Part shown: one piece after another, positions 25,750 through 39,261 of the stretch | Layout of the letters: each line of letters opens with the position of its first letter | Numbering within the stretch: the stretch's first letter is position 1 | From: Octopus vulgaris | Lineage: Eukaryota | Direction: 5' to 3' | Length of the DNA stretch: 64,000 bases | Assembly (NCBI GenBank): GCA_951406725.2 | Contig: OX597839.1 | Location: 35,464,001-35,528,000 of the forward strand | Program-made: the position numbers and the translations under genes | Notes under the pieces: model-generated | What the model was told of the DNA's origin: nothing | Databases searched by the model: none | Seen by the model: only the letters and a program-made list of their open reading frames with translations

Positions 25750-26148
25750 AGGCGCAGGAGTGGCTGTGTGGTAAGTAGCTTGCTAACCAACCACATGGTT
25801 CCGGGTTCAGTCCCACTGCGTGGCATCTTAGGCAAGTGTCTTCTGCTATAGCCCCGGGCCGACCAATGCCTTGTGAGTGGATTTGGTAGACAGAAACTGA
25901 AAGAAGCCTGTCGTATATATGTATATATATATACGTATGTGTATGTGTTTGTGTGTCTGTGTTTGTCCCCCTAGCATTGCTTGACAACCGATGCTGGTGT
26001 GTTTACGTCTCCGTCACTTATCGGTTTGGCAAAAAGAGACCAATAGAATAGGTACTGGGCTTACAAAGAATAAGTCCTGGGGTCGATTTGCTCGACTAAA
26101 GGCGGTGCTCCAGCATGGCCGCAGTCAAATGACAAACAAGTAAAAGAA
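25750..26148 (+). mobile_element. tRNA-derived SINE family A, plus-strand copy
   Basis: aggcgcaggagtggctgtgtggtaag...gtaaaaga. Other plus copies at ~18680-18835, 27697-27855, 39985-40447 and 47386-47783. Confidence 0.85.
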
Positions 26149-26805
26149 AAAAATATATATAATCAACCATATCCTGTTGCCTACGTACAAATGTGGGGTT
26201 CAAAGATCAAATCTGCCTTAGGAGGGGTTTTCCTCTTTTTGATGTCAGTGAGTTAAGAAAAAGGGACATTTGAATGAATTATGCTAAAAAGAAAAAAAAA
26301 CAAAAAAAACCCCACTTTCCTTTGCTTGACCCCAAATCTGAGATTAAAAGATCAAAGATCAAGATTAAAGCTACCTTCAGTTTTCCTCTTTCCAATTTCA
26401 AGGACCTAAGTACCGGGGGGGGGGGTGTAAATTTGATTCAACCGATTATGCTTAGAAGAATAAAAGAAAAAAAATATCAACCATTTCCTTTTCACACAGC
26501 CCCCCATCCACCTCCACCCTCCCGATTACATATGAGGTGGGGTTAAAAGATCCAAGATTAAAAGCCACCTTTGTGGGGGGTTTTTTGCCTTCTTTCCGTT
26601 GTCAGTGAGTTAAGTACCGGGAACATTTGATACAATTCATTATGATCTCGCTTCCTAGACAAAATACGACCTTGTGCTAATTACACCATGAGAAAATATT
26701 TACACCACCACCACCACCACCGCCGCCGCCGCCACCACCGTCATACAAACACATCTGCAGCTGTAATTAGTTTATCTACTCCCACCATCACCCATCGTTT
26801 CTTAC

Positions 26806-26851
26806 CTATTGCCACTCCTTCCTCTTTTCCTTTATTACTCAAACCCAACAT
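26806..26851 (-). CDS. Candidate first coding exon of the ARF-like gene (MLGLSNKGKEEGVAI-G)
   Basis: ATG at 26851-26849 with an in-frame stop upstream. Strong AG|gtaag donor in the required phase 1, supplying the G of the P-loop Gly codon. Possible acceptor at ~27133 after a (TC)n tract. Poor match to the ARF N-terminus and no Gly2. Confidence 0.3.
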
Positions 26852-29006
26852 GTTGTTATTTGAAATACTTGTTGCTAGACACCACAGGTTATTATTCTAT
26901 ACACAAGACAACCTTGCCAACACACTGATCCTCTCTGCGCAGGTTTGTGTACTGCTTCAACAGATGCCAGATATTTAATCCCTTTGGCAATCGAGTCTTT
27001 CACTTCTCTTTCCCAAATGCTTACAGTTCCTCATAGTCTCAACAGAAGAGGTTGCTTTTTTTCTTTTTGCTTTGTCTTTTCCTTTTCTGAAAATTTTTCC
27101 TGAATTAACATACTTGACTGTTCTAACTTTAACCTAACACACACACACACAGAGGAGAGAAAGAGGAGAGAGAGGAGAGCGAAAGAGGAGGGAGGGAGAG
27201 AGAGGAGAGAGAAGAGAGAGAGAGGAGAGGAGGAGAGAGAGATGAGAGGAGGAGAGAGAGATGAGAGAGAGGAGAGAGAGCGAGGAGAAAGAGAAAGGAG
27301 AGAGAGGAGATAGAGAGAGAGACAGAGAGAGGAGAGAGGAGAGAGAGAGGAGAGGGAGAGAAAGAGAGAGAGACAGAGAGAAGAGAGAGGAGAGTGTGTG
27401 TGTGTGTGATTAATCTCGATGAGTTCACTGCTCTGGAGCTGGCCTCACAGGTTGCCAATGCAAACATGCTGAAAGGCCTCAAGTGGCTGAGGGCAGCCAA
27501 TTTCTGTCAGCTAATCTGAAATGCGATCTATGTGATAGGGAAATCCTCAGACAACCTGGACGCACTGCAACAGGTGAACAGGAATGCTGCATCTGCAACA
27601 AAAGATGCAAGGCGCTTGGTTGTTTTAAAAGCCACGGAAAGTTCCGGAGCCACTGAGGAAAGAAAAACAAAACAAATAAAACAATTTGCCAAACGGGCGT
27701 AGGAGTGGCTGTGTGGTAAGTAGCTTGCTTACAAAGCACATGGTTCCGGGTTCAGTCCCACTGCGTGGTACCTTGGGCAAGTGGCTACTACAGCCTCGGG
27801 CCGACCGAAGCCTTGTGTGTGGATTTGGTAGACGGAAACTGAAAGAAGCCCGTCGTATATATATGTATATATATATATATAAATTGATCAAAATAAAAAC
27901 ATGATGCGAAGGATTCAGCGGTACATATGTTTCGGGCCTTTATTAGACAGATTTATAACAATGCATAATGTATGTCTGTGGCCTTCTTCAGCCGCGCACA
28001 ACAGCTTCCACAAGGACATGTGTTACATCAAAAATTCTTGGTTGGGGATGCAAATCCTCTCATTCGCGTACGACATAATGCGGCAGCAGCATAGAATTGA
28101 AGCGTCCATCTCTTTCTTCTCTCAGGCGTCGATTTGCTCGAGTAAAGGCGGTGCTCCAGCATGGCCACAGTCAAATGACTGAAACACGTAAAAGAGTAAA
28201 AGAGTAGTGCCTGAAAGTTTCATCCGAATCCATCCAATGGTTTTTGCGATATCTTGTCCACAGACAAACAAACAAATACAACTAAAAACAATACTTCCGC
28301 CTTTGCTAAGACAGAGGTAATAATAATAATAATAATAATATTTTAAAAAAGATTGATGTAACTCTTCACAAAGGTAAACAGTCAAGACGGAGAGCGCAAT
28401 TCGATTGTAATAGATATTTTATTGGTTGAATGATATTTCAACAGTACGTCTGTCTTTGTCAAGTTCAAAATAAGAAGTGATAAAAATTAAAAATTACAGA
28501 AATTCAAATGTAAAGTATGAATGAGAGTAACCAGTGTCCACACATTGATGGAATGACATCATCAGTTTTTAAGTTACAATTTTTCTGGTTTTTTCTGTCT
28601 TTTTCTTTTCGCCTGTTATAAAATTGTTATAAAATTCGCCTGTTATAAAATTTCGAGCATAGGCTCAAAGCGTTAAAGACTTTTTCATTTCCCAAGCATT
28701 ATACTAGTACATCTGTTTGTTGTCTACACCACCTGACTTCATCTTTTGTTTTCTTGTGAATTCTCCCTGTATATATATATATATATATATATATAGGTTA
28801 TGAGAGGTAATGGTGTCAAGAAGACCCAAAGGTGTCAGATAATGCTGAGTAAGCACTATGGACAGACTATAATTAAGCTCCAGGTTCAGTGATTATGTAA
28901 ATGAGTCCAACATAGGTCATATACCAGCATGTATATATATATAAAAAATTTACAGAATGAGATAAAAATCCAAAGCTGTGAAAGATGTCAGAACATTTAT
29001 AAATAA

Positions 29007-29054
29007 GTCTTACAGCTGTTTCTGGGATATTTTATATATCCCTTCATCAGAGAC
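29007..29054 (-). ncRNA. Minimal type I hammerhead ribozyme motif (Penelope-associated type)
   Basis: GUCU-CUGAUGA-A-GGGAUAU(auaaa)AUAUCCC-A-GAA-ACAGCUGU-A-AGAC: stem I GUCU/AGAC, 7-bp stem II, palindromic stem III, GUA cleavage triplet. Confidence 0.75.
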
Positions 29055-29719
29055 AGTGTGAGAAAATGGTTAAGCAATACTTATTCTAGATAAGATATGA
29101 AATAGACAGTGAAGTGGAGGAATGAAAATATATATATATATATATAGTTAATCCAAACAAGAAAGCACAAAAGAACACAACAACGCGAGGACGTGGAACA
29201 AATATAGTATTATTGGATGCTCAGGAAAGAAGGAGAGTTTAACGTTTCGAGTGGAGCTCTTTGTCGGAAGCATAGGAGAAGGAAAGATCCAGAGAAGGGA
29301 AGACAGAGGAAAAAAAAATCGCCAACGGTACACACGCAGTCACATTTTGAATCAAATATATATATTTATATATATATATATCAAAGTAATGATTAGTAAA
29401 TTCACGAAACCGGTATGCTTTTGAATCTCTTTAACAATTCACAATAATGACTTTTATTACTTTTATTCCTACCTCAGTTCTTCTGATTGTATATATCTAT
29501 CGTTACTTTTCATAAAAAGCCTTTAATCTTTTTGATTTCTAATGTGAATTTTCACTTATTTTTCTTCTTAATTTCCCCTTACATTTCCACGTGTAGTTTC
29601 TATTTTCTTTTTGTAACATACTTCTATTATATATATATATATATAAATGTGACCTCGTGTGTATCGCTGACGATTTTTTTCCCTCTGTCTTCCCTTCTCT
29701 GGATCTTTCCTTTTCCTAC

Positions 29720-29754
29720 GTTTCTGACGAAGAGCTCCGCTCGAAACGTTAAAC
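29720..29754 (+). ncRNA. Minimal hammerhead ribozyme motif in a (TA)n-embedded repeat
   Basis: GUUU-CUGACGA-A-GAGC(ucc)GCUC-GAA-ACGU-U-AAAC: stem I GUUU/AAAC, stem II GAGC/GCUC, palindromic ACGU. Confidence 0.65.
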
Positions 29755-29850
29755 CCTCCTTCTTTCCTGGGCGTCCAATAATACTATATTTGTTCCATGT
29801 CCTCCCGGTTGTTGCTTTAAATTTTTGTCATGTTGAATATATTCTAAATG

Positions 29851-29911
<61 letters not shown>

Positions 29912-30884
29912 TATGTATGTATAGATTTGGTGGCACAAACAGGAAAGATAGAACTCAAAACATGATGAGTATATATTTAATTTTTAATTAATAATCAGCA
30001 TAAGTCAGAGTCTGACTCAAGAGCTGAGACTTAAGTACACTGGAAAAACAGTCCCCAACGCTAGCTTCTTGGAGTTTGTTTGATCATATCATATTATATA
30101 TATATACAAATATATAGATATATATATAAATTAGATAAAAACCCACCTTTTATCAATTCAATCTAGAAAATTACATATTACATAAAGATTAAATATAAGA
30201 TAAAACATAACGATGATTAAGTAATATGCAAAATAATAAATAAAACATATATATTTGGTGTATTTATATATATATGTTTATATATACTACTTGTTTCAGT
30301 CATTTGACTGCAGCCATGCTGGAGCACCGCCTTTAGTCGAGCAAATCGACCCCGGGACTTATTCTTTGTAAGCCCAGTACTTATTCTATCGCTGACTTTT
30401 GCCGAACCGCTAAGTGACGGGGACGTAAACACACCAGCATCGGCTGTCAAGCAATGCTAGGGGGACAAACACACACACACATATATATATATACATATAT
30501 ACGACAGGCTTCTTTCAGTTTCCATCTACCAAATCTACTCACAAGGCTTTGGTCAGCCCGGGGCTATAGCAGAAGACACTTGCCCAAGATGCCACGCAGT
30601 GGGACTGAAATATATACGTTTATATATATTTGGTATATATATTTATATATTATTTATTATTTTGCATATTACTTAATCATCGTTATATGTTTTATCTTAT
30701 ATTTAATCTTTATATAATTATGTAATTTTCTAGATTGTATAATTTAATTTTTTCATTACTGAATTGATAAAAAGTGGGTTTTTTTCTAATTTATATACAT
30801 TATATTTTGTGAAATTTGATTTAGTATTTCTAAATTGAATTTTTTCCCTGTAAGTTTGGAATAATATTCCCTCATATTATTATC

Positions 30885-30917
<33 letters not shown>

Positions 30918-31162
30918 TATATATATATATATATATACAAGGATGTATGTGTATATAGCTATTGTGTTTTGCTTACTCAGAAACCTTTGATGAAAACTCA
31001 CAAAGTAAATATGAACTCATTACTCTCGTTAGGTTGACACACTTCAATGGTCGACTAATTAATCAATCAAGCATGCAAAATGGATAAGAAGAGAGGCACC
31101 GAGATTTTGTGCCAGAAGTGGGAAGTTATAAGAACAGCAAACATGAAAAGAAAAGTGATCTG

Positions 31163-31228
31163 GTTGCCATGGTTACTTTCGCTGTTTACCTATTCTGCTC
31201 TTAGCTCACACTTTGTTTCCATGACAAC
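31163..31228. promoter_or_regulatory. Pair of RFX X-box motifs
   Basis: 31163-31176 reads GTAACC-AT-GGCAAC on the minus strand, a perfect GTNRCC-N2-RGYAAC match. 31215-31228 GTTTCC-AT-GACAAC fits GTHNYY-AT-RRNAAC. Both lie in sequence with no recognised repeat. Confidence 0.6.
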
Positions 31229-31583
31229 CGTTTTGCAACTTAGCCGTGCTGAAGTCACCTTTGCGAAATGACTAATAACAACAAAAGTACTAAAGCGTGC
31301 GTACTGACTGTTGTAGGATGCTTAGGAGAGCGGAAAGAAGAAAGGAAAGGAAAATAAATAAGTGGGTCTTCGCATCAGCTGTGCTGGCGTGGATGGAGTG
31401 CCGCTGGCCGAGGAGGGCAAGTTGTGTCATTGAAATTTAAAACAAGGATGATCTCAGAAGAAGGTGCGGCGAGATATTACGAGATAAGAAAAGTCAGGGC
31501 AGTGATCTCATATACCAGATACACAAGCCACAGAGGATCTTTTCCATAGCTTTTATTCTGTGTGTAATAATAATAACAATAAC

Positions 31584-31665
<82 letters not shown>

Positions 31666-31668
<3 letters not shown>

Positions 31669-31985
31669 TCTTAAAATACAAAGACCTGGAAATAGAGGTA
31701 ACCAGAATGTGGAATCTAAAAACAGAAACAATTCCTATCATAGTAGGTGCATTAGGCATGATAAAAAAATATTCAGACAAATACATAACAAAAACACCAG
31801 GACTTACAAACACATATAACATACAGAAAATTGCACTACTAGGCACTGCACACATCCTACGCAGAACACTTTCCATACAATAACCATCAGAGTATCATCA
31901 CAACAAATCACAGCACATACCTAAGGCACACAGAGCTGCGCTCGGTAGTGAAGTGAAAGCACGCTATAAAAATAAAACTACTGAA
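31666..31985 (+). mobile_element. 5'-truncated R4/Dong-type LINE (RLE endonuclease C-terminus) within (TAA)n
   Basis: KYKDLEIEVTRMWNLKTETIPIIVGALG...QKIALLGTAHILRRTL; long (TAA)n tracts on both sides. Confidence 0.8.
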
Positions 31986-32002
31986 TAATAGTAATAATAA
32001 TA

Positions 32003-32079
<77 letters not shown>

Positions 32080-32101
32080 TATAACAATAGTAATAATAAT
32101 A

Positions 32102-32144
<43 letters not shown>

Positions 32145-32210
32145 TAATAACAATAATAATAATAATAAAAATAATAACAATAATTAAAATAATAACAATA
32201 ATAATTAAAA

Positions 32211-32290
<80 letters not shown>

Positions 32291-34656
32291 CCCTAGGTGT
32301 ATGGAAAACACTCGGTGAGAAATGGAAGAAAATTTGAAGAAAGTAGGAAAAAAAAATAGTGAGAATTACTGTATTTTAATGTGTATAAGGAACCCCTTAA
32401 ATTTTGGGGGTTAAAATTTGGAAAAATGTGTCGCTCAAGAAGGAGTTCAGTTTGAAGAATTTTCATGATCTTTCATATTTAGATGCTTTCATAAAATTCA
32501 TTTAGTTGTTAAACATAAATAAATATCGGAATTAAATGGTTTTGATTTACTACCAGGTGACTTTTGGCCAATCCTCTATATATATCCTCTTTTTTAAACT
32601 CTTTTACTTATTTCAGTCATTTGACTGTGGCCATGCTGGAGCACCGCCTTTAGTTGAGCAAATTGACCCCAGGACTTATTCTTTGTAAGCCTAGTACTTA
32701 TTCTATTGGTCTCTTTGCCAAACCACTAAGTTACAGCGACATAAACACACCAGCATCGGTTGTCAAGCGATGTTGGGAGATAAACACAGACACACAAATG
32801 TATATACATACACACACACATATATATATATACATATATACGATGGGCTTCTTTCAGTTTCCATCTACCAAATCCACTCACAAGGCATTGGTCAGCCCGA
32901 GGCTATAGTAGAAGACACTTGCCAACGTGGCACGCATTAGGACTGAATCCGGAACCATGTGGTTGGTAAGCAAGCTACTTACCACACAGCCACTCCTACG
33001 CCTATATATATATATAAGAGAACAAAGTGTATGTTCGCCGCTATATATATATATATAAAATAAAATACAAAATGGGACAAAACATCCAGATACAAAAAAA
33101 CAAGGACGGGTCATTCGAAGCCTTTTATCCTCAGTCAAGAACTGGATCATCCTTGCAATTTCGGCTGATTAATCTTGAGATTGCTCCAATCTGACCGTCC
33201 CCAAGGGAAAACTAAGCTAAGAGCATTAGATTCCTTGGAAAAAAAAGCATCAAATGTATACGAAAACAAGGACAGAAAAATAGATGATCTTACACGAATA
33301 TAAATACAAAAATACAATAAAAATAATAATAATATATATGTCTATGGGGGGGGGGGAGAAAAAGATAGTGTAAGTGTGGAATAGACAGTCACCAAATAGT
33401 CCTCAGAGAGGATCAAATTCTTAAACTGAAAAACAAGAGAGTCATGGTTGGAGTGCGTGTGATTTTATACCTATTTCTTTATTACCCACAAGGGGCTAAA
33501 CACAGAGGGGACAAACAAGGACAGACATAGGTATTAAGTCGATTACATCGACCCCAGTGCGTAACTGGTACTTAATTTATTGACCTCGAAAGGATGAAAG
33601 GCAAAGTCGACCTCGGCGGAATTTGAACTCACAACGTAATGCAGACGAAATACCGCTAAGCATTTCGCCCGGCGTGCTAACGTTTCTGCCAGCTCGCCGT
33701 GTGTGATTTTCTACCTGCTTGACCAGGGGATTGTTGCAGGGCAAAGCAATGACGTCACCAAGATGCCATTCGCCACACACACCCATCTTGCACATTATGC
33801 TTTTTCCTATGCATAAAAGCAATGCACAACAACTAACCGCCCCTCACCTCAGACCTGCTCCGAGTTGCTAAACCCCTTCAAAAACACGAAATAAAAGTTG
33901 TTCAACTGCATTCCTAAAGAAGCAATCTTTTCAGTTGAAAAACATCTGCTGATTCTCAAAGAAAATTAAGACTGACCCACTTTGGAATAAAATACAGCAA
34001 ACTTTTTAATTATAAATAGATTAAAAGAAAATGTGGAAGAAATCTGGAGGAATTTCTTGGTGAGTTATGCAAAGATATACAAGGGAAACAGCTGGAAAGG
34101 GGACTACATGTTTATCAAGGTTATTGGGGGTGGGTGCAAGAGTAAGTTAACCCGGGAGAAAAATTAAGGAAAAATATCTATGGAGATAGGGGCACGGATG
34201 GTTGTGTAGTTAAGAGACTTGCTTTGAAACTTCATGGTGTCAGGTTCAGTCCCACTGTGTGACACCTCGGGCAAGCGTTTGTTGATTACATTGACCCCCA
34301 GTAGTCAACTGGTACTTATTCTAACAACTCCAAAAGGACAAAAGGCAATGTTTGTTTTCGTGTTTGTTCAGTTGGCTCAAGCGAACATCCAGTCATCCTC
34401 ATGGGACCAGATTACCTATTTCTTTACTATCCACAAGGGGCTAAACACAGAGAGGACAAACAAGGACAGAGAAACGGATTAAGTCGATTACATCGACCCC
34501 AGTGCGTAACTGGTATTTAATTTATCGACCCCCGAAAGGATGAAAGGCAAAGTCTACCTCGGCGGAATTTGAACTCAGAACGTAACGGCAGACGAAATAC
34601 GGCTATGCATTTCGCCCGGCGTGCTTAACGATTTTGCCAGCTCGCCGCCTTTGCCA

Positions 34657-35145
34657 GCACCATGGACAGGACAGCCTCGAGGACTGCTATCTGCAATGGA
34701 GCCAGCTCCTTCGAGCAGAACAGACAACAGAATCAGGAGGTAAAATGCAGAAGAAGAAAGGAGTGTCTTGAACATCCTCAACCTGCACCGACCATCCTGT
34801 GTGAGTTCTGCCCACAACTCTTTCACCACCAACTTGGACTCCAAAGTAACCTTTTTTTTTTTTTACTACTCACAAGGGGCTAAACGCAGAGAGGACAAAC
34901 AAGGATAGACGAACGGATTAAGTCGATTATATCAACCCCAGTGTGTAACGGGTACTTATTTAATCGACCCCGAAAGGATGAAAGGCAAAGTCGACCTCGG
35001 CGGAATTTGAACTCCGAACGTAACGGCAGACGAAATACCGCAAAGCATTTCGCCCAGCGTGCTAATGTTTCTGCCAGTTTGCCGCCTTGGATCCAAAGTA
35101 ACCGTCAGCACAAACATCAGCCAAGGAGACTGGATGGAAACTGAC
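34657..35145 (+). mobile_element. RTE-clade LINE C-terminal fragment interrupted by a SINE
   Basis: DRTASRTAICNGASSFEQNR...CEFCPQLFHHQLGLQS; SINE B inserted with TSD tccaaagtaacc. Similar zinc-finger tails at ~27410-27660 and ~52530-52760. Confidence 0.65.
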
Positions 35146-35498
35146 GAACCCAATGCTTGGATACGAACTGGAGCCGATGACAAGAATAATTTTACATTAA
35201 TCTGATTAATTACTTTATACTTTTGTAGAGTAGAAATACATCTTTCTTAACGAAGAATGGTCCAGTGATGGCTCAGCTGCCCAAAACTTTGAAGTCGCTC
35301 TCTCTTTTACTCTCTTTCACTTGTTTCAGTCATTTGTATGCGACCATGCTGGAGCACCACCTTTAGTCGAGCAAATCGACCCCAGGACTTATTCTTTGTA
35401 AGCCTTGTACTTACTCTATTGGTCTCTTTTGCCGAACTGCTAAGTTACAGTGACATAAACACACCAGCATCGGTTGTCAAGTGAAGCTGGGGGGATAA

Positions 35499-35531
<33 letters not shown>

Positions 35532-35544
35532 CATATATATATAC

Positions 35545-35595
<51 letters not shown>

Positions 35596-36534
35596 CATAC
35601 ATATACACATACATATATGATGGGCTTCTTTCAGTTTCTGTATACCAAATCCACTCACAAGGCTTTGGTCGGCCCGAGGCTATAGAAGACACTTGCCCAA
35701 GGTGCCACACAGTGGGACTGAACCCAGAACCATGTGGTTGGTAAGCAAGCTACTTACCACACAGCCACTCCTGTGCCTCACTATCAATAATATTTTTGTT
35801 TAAGAGTAATAAATGTGAGTGTGTGTCTCTTTGCATGGACTTTGCACAATAGGTGTAAGCAAGTGCCACTATCATGTCAGTGATGTCCTTCATTTCCAAT
35901 AATGCAAGACATGTCCTGCTCATGGGGAAATATCATCTTACTTGGAAGCTGGTGAAGTGTGCTGGCAGGAAGAGCATCCAGCCGTAGAAAATCTGCCTCA
36001 ACAAATTCTGTCCTATTGATGCAAAGCAGAGACTGAAACGATGTGTGTGTGTGTGTGTGCTTGCATTTGTCAGCGTCCAACCACTACTTGAAAACAAGTG
36101 TTGGTTTGTTTACGTCCTTGTAGCTTAGCAATTCAGCAAAAGACACCAACAAAATAATTACTAGGCTTTAAAAAAAAAACACCCCAAAGCACACAAGTAC
36201 TAGGGTAAATTTGTTCAATTAAAAACCCTTCAAAGCATCGCCCCAGCGTGGCCACAGTCCACTGACCGAAACAGATAAAAGATGAAAGATTAAAGATATG
36301 GAACTGTGTTTTCTTTTCTTTTCTTTCTTTTTTTTTTTTTTCTGAACAGTAGAAACCATTAATGTTTGGATTCTGTGAGAGAAAGAATCTAGAAGAGAAG
36401 AGAAGCAGGATGAAAGCTGAGAATGGTTGGACAAGAATCGGTAAACGATCTGATGTTAGTTGCAGAGTTTCCTGTTCAAGAATAATAGCGAAATACAAGA
36501 ATCATGGGAGGAGCAGAAAGGAAATATTAATGAA

Positions 36535-36601
36535 GACATACACACTGACACACACACACACACACACAAATACACAAATACACATGCACACAAACATACA
36601 A

Positions 36602-36636
<35 letters not shown>

Positions 36637-37491
36637 CATACACACACACATGCATACAAACATACAAGGATATATATATACACACGCACAAGCACACAAA
36701 TACATACAAACCCATGCATGCAAACAAGTATACGTATCCTATGCACACATAAGCACGCAACGCAAACATACATACACACATACACACAAACACGCAAATA
36801 CACACACATCAACATGCACACACAAACACACACACACACAACACACAAATAAAGCATGCACAAACACACACACACACAAACATAAACACATAAACATACA
36901 CAGAGAAACATGCTCACAAAGACACACACATGCACGCACACAAACAAGCAAGCATGTACAAACACATGCATACACACACACACACACACACATAGACATG
37001 TACACACACACACGTGTGCACTCACACATATACAAACACACACACAGACATACACACACATACATATACACACACACATACATATACACAGACATACACA
37101 CACACACACACATACACACACATACATATACACACACACATACATATACACACACACAGACATACACACACAGACATACACACACACATACATACACACA
37201 CATACATACACACACACAGACATACACACACATACATATACACACACATACATATACACACACACAGACATACACACACACACAGACATACACACACATA
37301 CATATACACATACATACACACACACACAGACATACACACACACACAGACATACACACACATACATATACACACACACAGACATACACACACACACAGACA
37401 TACACACACATACATATACACACACACAGACATACACACACAGACATACACACACATACATATACACACACACATACATATACACACACAG

Positions 37492-37529
<38 letters not shown>

Positions 37530-37562
37530 ACACACACACACAGACATACACACACACACACA
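36535..37562. repeat. Long compound (CA)n/(CATA)n microsatellite
   Basis: Direct reading. Similar tracts at ~19400-19870, 22280-22705, 44695-45260 and 59050-59600. Confidence 0.9.
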
Positions 37563-38032
37563 AAAAAGGGTGAAGAGATAACGATATTACTCTCTTATCT
37601 AAATTAAGCGTAGAAGTGGGTGGGTGCAGGGGTGGGGGGCACCCGGGGTGTGTGTGTATATATAACATGTAGCAGAGCCATGATAGCCAGGGTATATAGT
37701 GCGAAAGAAGAAGAAGAAGAAGAAGAAGAAGAGGAGTGGAGGATTTCGACAAGTTAGAAGTTGTTGGTAGGAGAAGATTGTATTTACTGTGGTGGAACCA
37801 AAATAACAGTTTGGATATGTTTGTTGCCAAGACACCTGATTCCTCAGAGCTGATTGCAACTAACTTGGGGTGTACGGGTAGAAGGATGGAGATAGATAGA
37901 TATATATATATATATATATAACCCTACCCTCCCTCCCTGCCGACTATGAGCAGTGGCTGTGGGCTAAAAGGGGGGAGGAAAGGGATTTGTTACCTCTTGC
38001 ACTTCTCTATATCTCTCTCTCTCTTTCTTTCT

Positions 38033-38070
<38 letters not shown>

Positions 38071-38270
38071 ATCTCTGAGTCTCTCTCTCTTTCTCTCCCC
38101 TTCTGTTTCTGGGTTTCTCTCTCCTCCCTCTGTTTCTCTGTGTGTGTGCGTGTGTGCATCTGAGGCTCTCTCTGTCTCCCCCTCTGTCTCTGTGTTTCTC
38201 TTTCTCTCTGTCTCTTTCTCCCTTTTTCTCTTGTCTTTGTGTTTCTTTCTCTCTCTCTCTCTCTCTCTCT

Positions 38271-38302
<32 letters not shown>

Positions 38303-39261
38303 CTATCTATCTCAGTTTCTCTCTCTTTCTCCCTTTTTCTCCACTGTCTTTGTTATTCTCTCCCTATCCCTCTCTCTCTCTGTTTCTGTGTGTGTGTGGC
38401 AATCTCTCTCAGTTTCTCTCTCTCTCACTCTGTGAGTATCTCCCATTGTCTCTCTCTCCCCTTTCCTCTGTAGGGGGGGGGTGAGGGGTAAGCACCTTTC
38501 ATTCTTCTTCAAGAAGGAAAGAAAAAATTTTTGAAAAAAAAACAGATAGAAGAAAGCACCTTCCTCCTTCAGAAAGAAGGTCAAGGTATTAAAAGAGTTG
38601 CAATTCAACCTTTGAGGAAAAAAAAAACAACAACAAAAAACAAAAGACAACAAAAAACAACAAACAAACAAAAGACACAATGTTGTAGAAAATTTATGAT
38701 AGAAGCCTAAGTTTATCTCGGTTGGACACACTTCTGAGACAGAAGAATGTGAAAATAAATAAACAAAACACTTTGTTCTTAGATTTTGTCATTTTGTGAC
38801 GTCAAAAGAAACTGGAATCGGCACATGGTGGGGTGGGGGGGGGGGGCAGGGGGGGGAGGAGACGGGGTAAGTAGTTAGCAGAAGAAGCAAACCCCACCAA
38901 AAAAATTCTTTGAAATGCCTAGGAGGATCCCTAGAAATGGTTGATGGATTTAGTTATCTAGAATATCTGAGAGATGATCTGATTAAGAGCGGGCGGAAGG
39001 TGGGTGTTCCAAAAACATAGTTTAAGCGACCCCGGGTGGGGGTGGGTGGGGGCAGGTATAGGTGGAAAGAAGAAGTTCTGGGAGTTATCATCACCTTTGT
39101 TGGTAACAAAAGGATTCCCTCACGGAGTGAAGTGTGGTGGTGGTGGTGGTGGTGGTGGGGAATGGATTGTACGATGCCTGGTGATGGAGTGTGATGCTGC
39201 ATGGCTGTGAGTCGGCTGAAAGGAAATGAGGTGGGCATTGCTTTGTTGAGACGTGTAATGT

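Noticed and set aside
33095-33240. Possible further hammerhead (CTGAGGA and GAAA on the minus strand)
   Set aside because: I could not assemble consistent stems I-III by eye.
36362-37830. Long ORFs of 200-400 aa (HT/CV-rich), and similar ones at 5.9, 16.0, 19.3, 22.2, 45, 54-55 and 59 kb
   Set aside because: These are translations of dinucleotide and tetranucleotide microsatellites.
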